From: Candidatus Fervidifonticultor secundus
Lineage (GTDB): Bacteria; Sysuimicrobiota; Sysuimicrobiia; Sysuimicrobiales; Humicultoraceae
Direction of reading: 5' to 3'
DNA length: 59,424 nucleotides
Assembly: GCA_031459385.1 (NCBI GenBank)
Contig: JAVKIP010000019.1
Coordinates: 1-59,424, forward strand
In this document: positions 10,000-19,605 of the stretch, piece by piece
Position numbering within the stretch: the stretch's first letter is position 1
How the letters are laid out: every line of letters starts with the position of its first letter
Position numbers and translations under genes: made by a program
Notes under the pieces: generated by a model
Seen by the model: the letters and a program-made list of their open reading frames with translations, nothing else
What the model was told of the DNA's origin: nothing
Database searches by the model: none

Positions 10000-10950
10000 T
10001 CACAGCCGCATGCGGGGATCGAGCACATCGCGCAGCCCGTCGCCGAACAGGTTCAACCCGAGGATCGTCAGGCTCAGCGTCAGGCTGGGAAGGATGATCA
10101 TCCAGGGCGCATCGCGCATCACCGGCCGGGCATCTGCCAGGATGTTGCCCAGGCTGGGCGTCGGGGGCACCGCGCCCAGGCCCACGAAGCTCAAGGCGGC
10201 CTCGCCGAGGATCGCATACCCGAACGTGAAGGTGCCCTGCACGATGAGCGGCGCCAGGGCGTTGGGCACGATGTGGAGGCGCACGATGCGCCACGGCGGC
10301 GCGCCCAGGGCGCGGGCCGCCTCGATGTACTCGCGCGAGCGCACCGTGAGCACCGAGGCCCGCGCCAGCCGGGCCATGCGCGGCGCGTAGGCGATACCCA
10401 GCGCCACCACGACGTTGGCGGTGGCCGGGCCAGCCACTGCCATCACCGCCAGCGCCAGCAGGATGGCAGGGAAAGCCATGAGCGCGTCCATCGCCCGCAT
10501 GATGACGGCGTCGGCGGCGGCGGTGACGCCGGCCAGGACGCCGGAGAACCCGCCCAGCAGCAGCGTCACTACCAGCACGCTGACGCCCACCACCAATGAG
10601 AGGCGCGTGCCGTAGATAACCCGAGCCAGCAGGTCCCGGCCGAAGTCATCGGTGCCGAACCAGTGGAGACGCGACGGGCGCGCCAGAATCTGGTCGACGT
10701 CGATCGCCGTGGGATCAGCCGCCACCAGGGCGGGGGCCAGGATCGCCAGGGCACCAACCGCCAACACGATCAGCCCGCCGGCCACCGCCAGGCGGTGCCG
10801 CCGCAGGCGCCGCCACAGGAGACCGCCGGGGACGGCCGGCGCCGCAGCCCCACCCGCCGGCCCGACGCCGGCGGGGGCGGCGCGCTCCACCGCCTGGACC
10901 CGCTCGTCGAGGCCCTCTCCGGCCCCCAGCCGCGGCGCGCCCGGCCTCAT
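10000..10950 (-). CDS. Peptide/nickel ABC permease (DppC/OppC-like)
   Basis: HWFGTDDFGRDLLARV, EYIEAARALGA EAA loop, NLFGDGLRDVLDPR. Confidence 0.93.
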   Translation of the reverse strand: MRPGAPRLGAGEGLDERVQAVERAAPAGVGPAGGAAAPAVPGGLLWRRLRRHRLAVAGGLIVLAVGALAILAPALVAADPTAIDVDQILARPSRLHWFGTDDFGRDLLARVIYGTRLSLVVGVSVLVVTLLLGGFSGVLAGVTAAADAVIMRAMDALMAFPAILLALAVMAVAGPATANVVVALGIAYAPRMARLARASVLTVRSREYIEAARALGAPPWRIVRLHIVPNALAPLIVQGTFTFGYAILGEAALSFVGLGAVPPTPSLGNILADARPVMRDAPWMIILPSLTLSLTILGLNLFGDGLRDVLDPRMRL

Positions 10951-10981
10951 GGGTCCGCTCCGGCCCCGGGCCTGCGCTGCG

Positions 10982-11926
10982 TCACTGGTAGCGCACCTGC
11001 GGGTCGACAGACGCGTACAGGACGTCCACGACCAGGTTGACGACGATCACGACGGTGGCGATCAGCAGGATGCAGCCCTGCACCAGCGGGTAGTCGCGCC
11101 GCTTCACGGCCATGACCACCAGGTTGCCCACGCCGGGCAGGTTGAACACCGTCTCGATCACGAACGCCCCTCCCAGGAGCACCACAGCGGCGTTGCCGAC
11201 GACGGTGAGCACCTGGATCAAGGCGTTGCGGAAGGCGTGACGCCCCATGACGGCGGCCTCGGCCAGGCCTTTCGCCCGCGCCGTGCGGATGTAGTCGGTC
11301 GCCAGGATCTCCAGCAGGCTGCTGCGGGTGATCCGCGCCACCAGCGCGCCCTGCACCAGGCCCAGCGCCAGGGCCGGCATGAGCAGGTGCAGCACCCACC
11401 CGACGGCGTCCGCCGTGAGCGCCACGTAGCCGCTGATGGGTAGCCACCGCAGCGTGACGCCGAACAGCAGCATCAGCCCCAGCCCCATGGCGAAGTCGGG
11501 CACGGAGAGGCCCAGCACGGCCAGGCCCATGACCGCCAGGTCGGTGCTCGAGTTGGGCCGGCGTGCCGCGTGCATCCCGGCGGGAATGCCCAGCAGCACC
11601 GCCACCAGCAGCGCCAGGCCGGCCAGGCTGAGGGTCACGGGCAGCCGGGCGACGATGGCCTGGAGCACCGGCTCTCCCAGGAAGAACGACCGCCCCAGCT
11701 CCCCCTGGACGACCTGCCCCAGCCAGATGCCGAACTGCACCGGGAGCGGCTCGTTGAGGCCGAGCCGCTCCCGCAACCGCTCCACGGCCTCGGGCGTGGC
11801 TTCCATCCCGAGGAGCACGGCCGCCGGATCGCCCGGGACCAGCCGGATGAGGGCGAAGGCGATCACGCCCATCAGCAGCCAAGCCGGCGCCAGCAGCACC
11901 AGGCGCCGCGCGATGTACCGGCCCAC
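10982..11926 (-). CDS. Peptide/nickel ABC permease (DppB/OppB-like)
   Basis: LVPGDPA, DYIRTARAKGL, ETVFNLPGVG, RDYPLVQG, DVLYASVDP. Confidence 0.93.
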   Translation of the reverse strand: MGRYIARRLVLLAPAWLLMGVIAFALIRLVPGDPAAVLLGMEATPEAVERLRERLGLNEPLPVQFGIWLGQVVQGELGRSFFLGEPVLQAIVARLPVTLSLAGLALLVAVLLGIPAGMHAARRPNSSTDLAVMGLAVLGLSVPDFAMGLGLMLLFGVTLRWLPISGYVALTADAVGWVLHLLMPALALGLVQGALVARITRSSLLEILATDYIRTARAKGLAEAAVMGRHAFRNALIQVLTVVGNAAVVLLGGAFVIETVFNLPGVGNLVVMAVKRRDYPLVQGCILLIATVVIVVNLVVDVLYASVDPQVRYQ

Positions 11927-11951
11927 GGCGACCGATGTACGGCGGCGCGCG

Positions 11952-13493
11952 CTACTTCGTCACATTCCAGTAGCGCCGCAGGAAGTAGATCTTGTACCCC
12001 TTGAGCGCCCTGGTGGCGCCGTCCAGCGAGAACATGTCGCCCACCTTCACGAACGGCACGCTCTCGTAGAACTGCCGCTGGGCCATGGCATAGGCCTGGG
12101 CCCGGCGCTCGGGGTCGCGCACCCGTAGCCCGACGATCAGCCACTTGTCCATCTCGGGGTCGCAGTACCCGTAGGTCTCGTACGACGCCCCGCACTGGAA
12201 CAGGTAGTTGAACCCGGTGGGTTCCGGCCGCGTGCTGACGCCGTTGGTGGCCATGTCGAAGTTGCCCTCGCGCTGCTGCGCGATCTGCCCGGGCCAGTCG
12301 CGCACGACGAGATCCACGCGGAACCCGATCGCCTCCAGCTGGGGCTTGACCGGCACGGCGGCGCGGAACAGCCACTCGATGTCCCGATTGGTCACGAAGG
12401 TGATGGGGCGGCCATCATACCCCGACTCCCGCAGCAACCGACGGGCTAGGTCGAGGTTCTTGCCGTTGTAGACCGCGGCGCCTTCGGTGTTGTGCCAGAC
12501 CCGCTGCTCGGGGAAAAAGAAGCTCGGCTGCAGCCGATAGAACGCGGGCTGGTTGCCCGTCACGGCCCGCATGATCGCCTCCATGTCGAGGCCCCGCGAG
12601 ACGGCCTGCCGCGCCTTGACGTTATTGAAGGGCGGCCGGTTGGCGTTGAGCTGGAGGATCACCTGCGTGAAGGGCTTGATGACGATGGCGTCCAGGACCG
12701 GTGAGGTCCGGAGCCGGTCGTAGGCCGCGGGCGCCACCGACTGGGCGTAGTCGACGTCGCCGCGCTCCAGGGCCGCCAGCCGCGTCGCGCTCTCCAGGAT
12801 CGAGATGATGTGGATCTCGTCTACCAGCGCCTGGCGGTCGCCGCCCAGACCTGAGGCCGGCATGCGCCGGTCGCGGGCGTAGTCGGGGAACCGCCGCAGG
12901 GTGATCTGCCGGTCCCGCGCCCACTCGGCCAGGCGGAAGGGACCGGTGCCGATCAGGTTGGGGGGCTGGATCGGGTCCCTGGCGCCCTCCACGACCTCCC
13001 GGGGCATGATGCCCAGCAGGCTCACCGGGTTGGCCAGCGCGCCGATGAACGACCCCTGCGGCTCCTTGAGGGTGATGCGCACCGTGAGCGGATCCACGAC
13101 GGTGACGCTCCCGACCGCGGCGACATCGCCGCGGCGCGCCGAGTATTGCACGAACCGCTCGACCGACGCCTTGACGTCCTCGGCGCCCAGCGTCTTTCCG
13201 TTGTGGAACTTCACGCCAGCCCGCAGCCGGAACGTGTAGTGCAGCCCGTCGGCGCTGACGGTCCAGCTCTCGGCGAGCTGGGGGATGACGCCATAGTCCT
13301 CACCGATAGTCACCAAGCCCTCGAAGACATGGGCCGACAGCTCTCGCAGCGTGAACGCCGTGCCCATGTGCGGGTCGAGCCAGGGCAGGTTCGTGTCGGT
13401 CGCGACCCGCAGCACCTTCGGCGCCTGGGCCAGGGCGGGCCCGGACGCCACCAGCGCAATGCAGAGCAGTGCTGCCGCCACCCACCGTTGCAC
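11952..13493 (-). CDS. Peptide ABC substrate-binding protein (SBP family 5)
   Basis: Signal peptide; LAESWTVSADGLHYTFRLRAGVKFHNG; GTGPFRL. Confidence 0.92.
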   Translation of the reverse strand: MQRWVAAALLCIALVASGPALAQAPKVLRVATDTNLPWLDPHMGTAFTLRELSAHVFEGLVTIGEDYGVIPQLAESWTVSADGLHYTFRLRAGVKFHNGKTLGAEDVKASVERFVQYSARRGDVAAVGSVTVVDPLTVRITLKEPQGSFIGALANPVSLLGIMPREVVEGARDPIQPPNLIGTGPFRLAEWARDRQITLRRFPDYARDRRMPASGLGGDRQALVDEIHIISILESATRLAALERGDVDYAQSVAPAAYDRLRTSPVLDAIVIKPFTQVILQLNANRPPFNNVKARQAVSRGLDMEAIMRAVTGNQPAFYRLQPSFFFPEQRVWHNTEGAAVYNGKNLDLARRLLRESGYDGRPITFVTNRDIEWLFRAAVPVKPQLEAIGFRVDLVVRDWPGQIAQQREGNFDMATNGVSTRPEPTGFNYLFQCGASYETYGYCDPEMDKWLIVGLRVRDPERRAQAYAMAQRQFYESVPFVKVGDMFSLDGATRALKGYKIYFLRRYWNVTK

Positions 13494-13524
13494 CTTGATC
13501 CCCCCTCCTCCGGAACTCCCGACG

Positions 13525-14475
13525 CTACAGCGTCCGGGGTGACTCGTCGGCCGCCGGCACCTGGGCGCCCCCGGATCCCGCCCGTGCCCCCAGCCCCGCG
13601 ATGAGTTGCCAGTCGGCGAACGAGACGAGCAGTTCGGTCAGGCGCTCCACCGCGGCCTCGAAGAACCGGCGCCCCTTCTCCGGCGAGGCCAGCGTCGGGT
13701 CACCCACGACCCCGCGCCGCGTCAGGTCCTCGAAGCGCGTCCCCACCTTTACCGGGCCGCCGGGCATCGTCATGTCGATCGCGAACCAGCCGGGGATGGT
13801 GGGCGGGTACTCGGCGGCGATCCGGTCGCGACGGACCAGGTGCGGTTCCAGGTGCCAGACGCCCGAGGTCTCCCACTCGCAGGCGTGGCCCATGCCGCCG
13901 GGGCCCGAGTCCCGAATGCGGTCGAATTCGTCGCGCGCGACGTCCCAGTAGTCGACCGTGGCCACCAACACCCGGTGCCGGTCGCGGAGGCGCGTGACGG
14001 CCAGCCGCAGCGGATCGCTGTTGCCCCCGTGGCCATTGACGAACAGCAGACGCTGGAACCCGACCCGTATCAGGCTCTCGGCCAGCTCCACCAGCACGCG
14101 CTGGTAGGTGTCGAACGTCACCGTCAGACTGAAGAACGCCGCGTGGTGGGTGGACAGCCCCAGCCACAAGGTGGGGGCGAGGTAGACGGGTACCCGCGCG
14201 GCGGCCCGTCGCACGGCTTCGGCGGTCACGGCCGTCACCAGGAGCGTGTCGGTCTTGACCGGCAGGTGCGGCCCATGCTGCTCGATCGAGCCGGTCGGGA
14301 GCACAATTACGGCGTCGCGGGCCGCCGCTCCCCGCACTTCCTCCCAGGTCAGCTCGGCCAGGTGCACCGTCTCCGCCGGCGGCGCTACCACCGTGCCGCC
14401 GGGATGGTCCGTCTCCGGCACGACCGCACCCCGCTTCCGCCCACCTGGTGTCCGCGCCTCCCGCCCGGTGGCCAC
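13525..14475 (-). CDS. Creatininase/creatinine amidohydrolase family protein
   Basis: PTGSIEQHGPHLPVKTD, NGHGGN, GHACEWETS, GVVGDPTLASPEKG. True start may be downstream. Confidence 0.88.
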   Translation of the reverse strand: MATGREARTPGGRKRGAVVPETDHPGGTVVAPPAETVHLAELTWEEVRGAAARDAVIVLPTGSIEQHGPHLPVKTDTLLVTAVTAEAVRRAAARVPVYLAPTLWLGLSTHHAAFFSLTVTFDTYQRVLVELAESLIRVGFQRLLFVNGHGGNSDPLRLAVTRLRDRHRVLVATVDYWDVARDEFDRIRDSGPGGMGHACEWETSGVWHLEPHLVRRDRIAAEYPPTIPGWFAIDMTMPGGPVKVGTRFEDLTRRGVVGDPTLASPEKGRRFFEAAVERLTELLVSFADWQLIAGLGARAGSGGAQVPAADESPRTL

Positions 14476-14502
14476 CTGCGGGCCACAGGGCGCCCGGTAG
14501 GC

Positions 14503-14519
14503 GTTTCAATGTATGAAAT
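14503..14519. promoter_or_regulatory. Palindromic operator TTTCA-N5-TGAAA (candidate IclR site 1)
   Basis: gTTTCAatgtaTGAAAt, AT-rich inverted repeat in the divergent intergenic region. Confidence 0.6.
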
Positions 14520-14618
14520 CAACTCCCGGACGTTGTTACGTCCTTCATACCACACCCGCCGACGTCGGCGCAACGGCTGCCGATCTGCCTGGCACTGGCC
14601 GCGCCATCACTCGCATCC

Positions 14619-14648
14619 TTGACAGTCCGGACGGGAGCAGCGTAACAT
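14619..14648 (+). promoter_or_regulatory. Sigma70-type promoter for aminotransferase operon
   Basis: TTGACA (14619-24), 18 bp, TAACAT (14643-48). Confidence 0.65.
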
Positions 14649-14668
14649 CATTTCACCGTGAGTTGCTG

Positions 14669-14683
14669 TCTCATACCATGAAA
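14669..14683. promoter_or_regulatory. Second operator copy TCTCA-N5-TGAAA overlapping start codon
   Basis: TCTCAtaccaTGAAA, one mismatch to the arms of site 1. Confidence 0.55.
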
Positions 14684-15994
14684 TACGATCCCACGGCGTT
14701 TCGCACGTCCCGGCAGTGGTGGGAGCGCGCGCGCCAGGTGCTGGCAGGAGGCGTCAGCAGCAGCATCCGGCTCGCCGAGCTCCCGCACCCGCTCTTCTTC
14801 ACCCGTGCCCAGGGTGCGGTCGTCGAGACCGTCGACGGGCACCGGCTCATCGACTACGTCTGCGGGTACGGGCCCATCATCCTGGGACATGCCGACGCAC
14901 GGGTCACCGACCCGGTGGCGGCATCGCTGGCCCGAGGGCAGGCCTACGGTGGGCAGCACGTCCTCGAAGTCGAGGTCGCCGAGCGCATCCGGGCCGCGGT
15001 GCCGACCATGGAGACGATGCGGTTCTCCTCGTCGGGATCGGAGGCCGTCCACGCCGCGATACGCATCGCCCGGGCCGCCACCGGCCGCTGGGGCGTGGTC
15101 CGGTTCGACGGCCACTACCACGGCTGGCTCGACACCATCCATGCCGAGGCGCTGGAACCCGGGGAGGCAGGCGGGCGGGCCCGCCCGGCCAGCCTCGGGC
15201 AGCCCGCGGACGCGCTCCGGCACGTCACCACCCTGCCCTGGAACGACCGGGAGGCACTGGACGCCGCAGCGCGCCGGTTGCGCGGCACGCTGGCCGCGGT
15301 CGTCCTCGAGCCGATCCTCTGCAACACCGGGGTGATCCCGCCGCGCCCGGGATTCCTGGAGGCCGTGCGGTCCTGGTGCGACCGAGAGGGCGCAGTGCTG
15401 ATCTTCGACGAGGTCATCACGGGGTTCCGCGTGGGGCCAGGCGGCGCCCAGGGGCTGCTGGGTGTACGGCCCGACCTGAGCGTGTTCGGCAAGGCCATCG
15501 CCAACGGCTTTCCCCTGAGCGTTGTCGGCGGGCGCCGGGACCTGCTCGAGTCCGTGGCTGCCGGTCAGGTGCTGCACGCCGGCACCTTCAACGGGCACGT
15601 GACAACCCTGGTCGCGGCCCGCGCGACCCTTGACGTGCTCGCGGCAAACGGCGGCGCGGTCTACCACGAGCTCACCACGCGCGGGCGCGCGTTGATGCAG
15701 GGTCTGCGCGACGCCGCCCACGCCGCGGGGATTCCGGTGCTCGTCCAGGGCCCGGGGCCGGTCTTCCACCTGTGGATCACCGATCTGCGCGAAGTGACCG
15801 ATGCCCGGGTCGCGCGCGCGGCGGGCACCGAGGCCTATGCCCGGTTCGCGCTGGCGATGCTGCGCCACGGGGTGCGCCTCATCCCGGGCGGCCGGTGGTA
15901 CCTCTGCGCGGCCCATACCGACGAGCACATCGCGCAGACGGTGGCGGCCGCGCGCGACGCCTTCGCCGAGCTGGCCGTCGCCGTGGCGCGCTGA
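14678..15994 (+). CDS. Class III PLP aminotransferase (glutamate-1-semialdehyde aminomutase-like)
   Basis: GGVSSSIR, DYVCGYGPIILGH, SSSGSEA, FDGHYHG, LIFDEVITGFR, FGKAIANG, HAGTFNG. Confidence 0.9.
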   Translation: MKYDPTAFRTSRQWWERARQVLAGGVSSSIRLAELPHPLFFTRAQGAVVETVDGHRLIDYVCGYGPIILGHADARVTDPVAASLARGQAYGGQHVLEVEVAERIRAAVPTMETMRFSSSGSEAVHAAIRIARAATGRWGVVRFDGHYHGWLDTIHAEALEPGEAGGRARPASLGQPADALRHVTTLPWNDREALDAAARRLRGTLAAVVLEPILCNTGVIPPRPGFLEAVRSWCDREGAVLIFDEVITGFRVGPGGAQGLLGVRPDLSVFGKAIANGFPLSVVGGRRDLLESVAAGQVLHAGTFNGHVTTLVAARATLDVLAANGGAVYHELTTRGRALMQGLRDAAHAAGIPVLVQGPGPVFHLWITDLREVTDARVARAAGTEAYARFALAMLRHGVRLIPGGRWYLCAAHTDEHIAQTVAAARDAFAELAVAVAR

Positions 15995-16042
15995 CCCGGC
16001 GCACGCCGATGCGGGCGGGGGCGCCGGAACCCCTCTCACGAG

Positions 16043-17509
16043 GTGAGCACGGTGCGCATCGCCGTGGGCGGGCTCTGGCACGAGACCAACACGTTCGCCG
16101 CTGGCCGTACCGGCCTCGAGGCCTTCCATGTCGTCGAAGGCGCGGCCATGCTTTCCGAACTCGCCGGCACCCGGACCCCGCTGGGCGGGTTCCTGGACGC
16201 CGCCGCCGGTCGGGGCATCGAGATCGTCCCGACGCTCTTCGCGTGGGCGCTGCCCTCCGCCCTGGTGAGCGCCCAGGCGCACCGCGCGCTGGCCGGACGT
16301 CTGCTCGACCGTTTGGTCGCCGCGCGGCCCGGCGCGGTGTTCCTGGACCTGCACGGCGCCATGGCCGCCGAGGACAGCGACGACGTCGAAGGCGCGCTGC
16401 TGGAGGGCCTGCGGGCCCGCCTGGGCACGGTGCCCACTGGCGTCGTCTTCGACTACCACGCCAACACCACGGCGCGCTTCGCCGAACTGGTCGACGTCTT
16501 CGCCGGCTACGAGACCTACCCGCATACCGACCCTTACGACCGCGGCCGCGAGGTGTACGCGCTGCTGGAACGCTTGCTGGCCGGCGAGGTCCGGCCGCTG
16601 CGGGCGCATGCACAGCCGCCGCTGCTGCTGCCGCCGCAGGTCCAGGCGACGGCTGAGCCGCCGATGCGGGAGGTCCTGGAGCGGGCGCAGGCGGCCCGGC
16701 AGCGCCAGGGCGTGCTGGCCCTCACCGTGGCGGCAGGATTCCCGTACGCCGATGTACCCCAGGCCGGCCCGAGCGTCGTGGTCACGGCCGATCGCGATGG
16801 CGCGGTGGCCCGGGTGGTGGCCGATGACCTGGCCCGCGCGCTGTGGGATGCCCGCGACCGCTTCCGCGCCCACAGCCTCCCACCCGATGAGGCTGTGGCG
16901 CGGGCGCTGGCCAGGGGCGACGGCCCGGTGGTCCTGGTGGACTCGGCCGACAACGTCGGCGGTGGCGCGCCGGGCGATGGCACCGTGGTGTTGGACGCCC
17001 TGCTGCGCGCCGGGGCGCGTGGCGCCGTGGTGGCCATCGCCGATCCCGAGGTGGTCGCGGCCGCGCGCGCGGCGGGAGAGGGCGCGTGGCTGGACGCCGA
17101 GGTCGGGGGCAAGACCGACGCCCGGCACGGGGCGCCGGTGCCCGTGCGCGCCCGCGTCGTCCGCTTGGCGCCGACCGCGTTCACCTACCGCGGCTCCTAC
17201 ATGACGGGGCGCCGCGTGACGGCCGGCTGGACCGCGATCCTCGACGCCGGTGGCGTGCACATCGTGGTCCGGGAGCGCAAGGTCATGCCGTTCGATGCCG
17301 AGGAGCTGCGCACGCTGGGCCTGGATCCCGCGGCGTACCGGATCATCGTAGTGAAGTCGGCGATCGCCTGGCGCGCGGCCTACGGCGCCATCACCCGCGA
17401 GGTGATCGAGGTGGACACGCCCGGCGTGTGTACTGCGAACCTCCAGGCGCTTCCGTACCGAAAGGTCAGGCGCCCCGTGGTCCCGCTCGACCCGGAGGTC
17501 GCCTGGTGA
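16043..17509 (+). CDS. M81 family metallopeptidase (MlrC-like)
   Basis: HETNTF, LDLHGAM, DYHAN, YPHTD, DSADNVGGGAPGD, VVKSAIAWRA. Confidence 0.9.
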   Translation: MSTVRIAVGGLWHETNTFAAGRTGLEAFHVVEGAAMLSELAGTRTPLGGFLDAAAGRGIEIVPTLFAWALPSALVSAQAHRALAGRLLDRLVAARPGAVFLDLHGAMAAEDSDDVEGALLEGLRARLGTVPTGVVFDYHANTTARFAELVDVFAGYETYPHTDPYDRGREVYALLERLLAGEVRPLRAHAQPPLLLPPQVQATAEPPMREVLERAQAARQRQGVLALTVAAGFPYADVPQAGPSVVVTADRDGAVARVVADDLARALWDARDRFRAHSLPPDEAVARALARGDGPVVLVDSADNVGGGAPGDGTVVLDALLRAGARGAVVAIADPEVVAAARAAGEGAWLDAEVGGKTDARHGAPVPVRARVVRLAPTAFTYRGSYMTGRRVTAGWTAILDAGGVHIVVRERKVMPFDAEELRTLGLDPAAYRIIVVKSAIAWRAAYGAITREVIEVDTPGVCTANLQALPYRKVRRPVVPLDPEVAW

Positions 17510-18321
17510 GGCACACGCGGCGGTACGCGGTAGCGGCGCTGGAGCGCGGGCTGGTGATCCTGCAGACCCTCGCGGCCAGCGAGCAGCCGCTGGGGTTGGG
17601 CGAGGTTGCCGTGCGGGCCCGCATCCCGAAGGCGACGACGTTCCGCCTCCTTGCGACGCTGGTCGGTCAGGACTTTGTGGAGCGCACGTCCGCGGGCGCG
17701 TATCGCCTGGGCCTGCGCGCGGTGCAGCTGGCTGCAGCAGCCGCGGAGGGGCTGGCACTGCGGCGAGCAGCCCAACCGGTCCTGCAGCGCCTCCATCTTC
17801 TGTCACACGACACGGTGAACCTGGGGCAGTGGCACAACGGCGCCGTGGTCTACGTCGAGGTCCTGCCGAGCCCGCAGCCGTTGCGGTTCGTCGAGACCCC
17901 GGGGAGCGTGGCCCCCCTTCACTCCACGGCGCTCGGCAAAGCAGTCGCCGCCTACCTGCCTCAGGATCTGGTGGGCGTCGCCGTCCGCAACGCTGGCCTG
18001 TCGCGGTTCACGCCCCATACACTCACCAGCCTGCCGCGACTGCTAGAAGAGCTCCGGCGGGTCCGCGCTCGCGGCTACGCTATCGATCGCCGCGAGACCG
18101 ACGCCAACGCGGCCTGCGTCGCCGCGCCGGTCTTCGATGCGCAAGGCGTGGTCGGCGCCATCAGCATCTCGGGGCCGGCCTCGCGCATGAACAGCGCCCA
18201 CATCGCCCGTCTGGTGCCGGCGCTGCGCGCGGCCTGCGCCGAGGTGTCGCGCCGCTTGGGAGCCCGCCGGGGCGGTGACGCGGCGGAGGGAGCCGCGGTA
18301 CTCGAGGACGATCGCCCCTGA
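17506..18321 (+). CDS. IclR family transcriptional regulator
   Basis: GTG overlapping MlrC stop; ALERGLVIL, PKATTFRLLATL HTH; LHSTALGKA; RGYAID; CVAAPVFD; AISISGP. Confidence 0.92.
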   Translation: MRHTRRYAVAALERGLVILQTLAASEQPLGLGEVAVRARIPKATTFRLLATLVGQDFVERTSAGAYRLGLRAVQLAAAAAEGLALRRAAQPVLQRLHLLSHDTVNLGQWHNGAVVYVEVLPSPQPLRFVETPGSVAPLHSTALGKAVAAYLPQDLVGVAVRNAGLSRFTPHTLTSLPRLLEELRRVRARGYAIDRRETDANAACVAAPVFDAQGVVGAISISGPASRMNSAHIARLVPALRAACAEVSRRLGARRGGDAAEGAAVLEDDRP

Positions 18322-18500
18322 GCCGCGCGCTGCAGCGCCTGCGGTGGGGCGCTCGCGGCGATCGCGAGCGTCTGTGCCCTGGAAGCGGCTGTCCGGCCAG
18401 CCGTGCTCTGGGTCGATGACCTCGCCGGGCTCGCTGCCCTGGCCGCCCGCCTCGTCGACCGGGCGGACAGCGCGGCCGGTGTCGGGGAAGGAGCGGTGTC

Positions 18501-19523
18501 GTGATGTCGAGCCAGGTCACGGTGCACACGCCAGAGGTGCTTCCCATCAGCGCGTTCGACGTCACCGCCCTGCCCGCGCCCGGCAAGCGCCGCTACGAGC
18601 TGGTCATCGACAGCCTCCCCGATGGACAGCACCTGGCGTGCCCGGCTGTGGTCGTGAAGGGTGCCCGCGCCGGCAAGACGCTGCTGGTCTGCGGCGCGGT
18701 GCACGGCGACGAGTACGAAGGGACGGTGGCGATCCAGGACGTCTTCGACGCCCTCGACCCGGCCGCGCTGCGTGGCGCATTCGTGGGCATCCCCGTGATG
18801 AACGGGCCGGCCTTCGCGGCGGCACGACGCGAAGGACCCTGGGACGGGCTCAACCTGGCGCGGGTTTTCCCCGGCGATGCCCGCGGCAGCCCCACCCAGC
18901 GCATCGCCCACGCCTTCCAGGCGCACGTGCTGCCGCAGGCCGACCTGCTGGTAGACGTCCACAGCGGTGGCAACGCCTACGCCATCTACCACCTTGCCGG
19001 CTACCAGCTCCGCGAGGGCGAGGTCGGCCGCATCCAGCGGGAGGCGGCGATCGCCTTCGGCGCCCCGCTGGTCTGGGGGACGGCCGGCCTGCCCGGCCGC
19101 ACGCTCTCGGCCGCGGGTGAGATGGGCGTCCCGGCCATTTACGCGGAGATGCGCGGCGAGGGTCGGTGCCGGCCCGCGGATCGCGCGCGGGCGGGTGAGG
19201 GCCTGCGAGGGGTCATGGCCTACCTGGGCATGATCGAGGGGCCCTACCCTACCCGGTCCCCGCAGTACTTCGTGGAAGATCCCCGGCCGGGTTCGGGCCA
19301 CCTGCAGGTCGACCATCCGAGCCCCACCGGCGGGCTCTTCCTCCCGCACGTCGAGGTGTGGGACGCCGTCAGGGCCGGCCAGCTCCTGGGAGAAGTGCGG
19401 CACCCCGACGGCACGGTGCTGGCGGCGATCCGCGCAGCGCGCGCCGGGCGCGTGCTGTTCCTGCGGACACTCCCGCGGGTGTTCGCCGGGGACGCGCTGG
19501 CGTTCGTGCTGGCGGTCACTTGA
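18501..19523 (+). CDS. Succinylglutamate desuccinylase/aspartoacylase (AstE/AspA, M14-like) protein
   Basis: VHGDEYEG, NLARVFPG, DVHSGG, C-terminal barrel-sandwich segment. Confidence 0.88.
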   Translation: MMSSQVTVHTPEVLPISAFDVTALPAPGKRRYELVIDSLPDGQHLACPAVVVKGARAGKTLLVCGAVHGDEYEGTVAIQDVFDALDPAALRGAFVGIPVMNGPAFAAARREGPWDGLNLARVFPGDARGSPTQRIAHAFQAHVLPQADLLVDVHSGGNAYAIYHLAGYQLREGEVGRIQREAAIAFGAPLVWGTAGLPGRTLSAAGEMGVPAIYAEMRGEGRCRPADRARAGEGLRGVMAYLGMIEGPYPTRSPQYFVEDPRPGSGHLQVDHPSPTGGLFLPHVEVWDAVRAGQLLGEVRHPDGTVLAAIRAARAGRVLFLRTLPRVFAGDALAFVLAVT

Positions 19524-19549
19524 CGGGCCAGGAGGATCGATGCTAAGGT
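19520..19549 (+). promoter_or_regulatory. Sigma70-type promoter
   Basis: TTGACG, 18 bp, TGcTAAGGT extended -10. Confidence 0.5.
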
Positions 19550-19605
19550 CTGCTTAACACTCACTCCTTTAAGGGCCGCCCTGCGAGGCGGACAAGGAGG
19601 GTCCC

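Noticed and set aside
14678..15994. Calling the class III aminotransferase hemL
   Set aside because: Catabolic context, no hem genes nearby; family-level call only.
14648..17806. 1052-aa minus-strand ORF and similar Arg/Pro/Gly-rich ORFs throughout (e.g. 29022..31310, 41213..43372, 1997..4078)
   Set aside because: They overlap well-supported genes on the other strand or frame and have low-complexity shadow composition.
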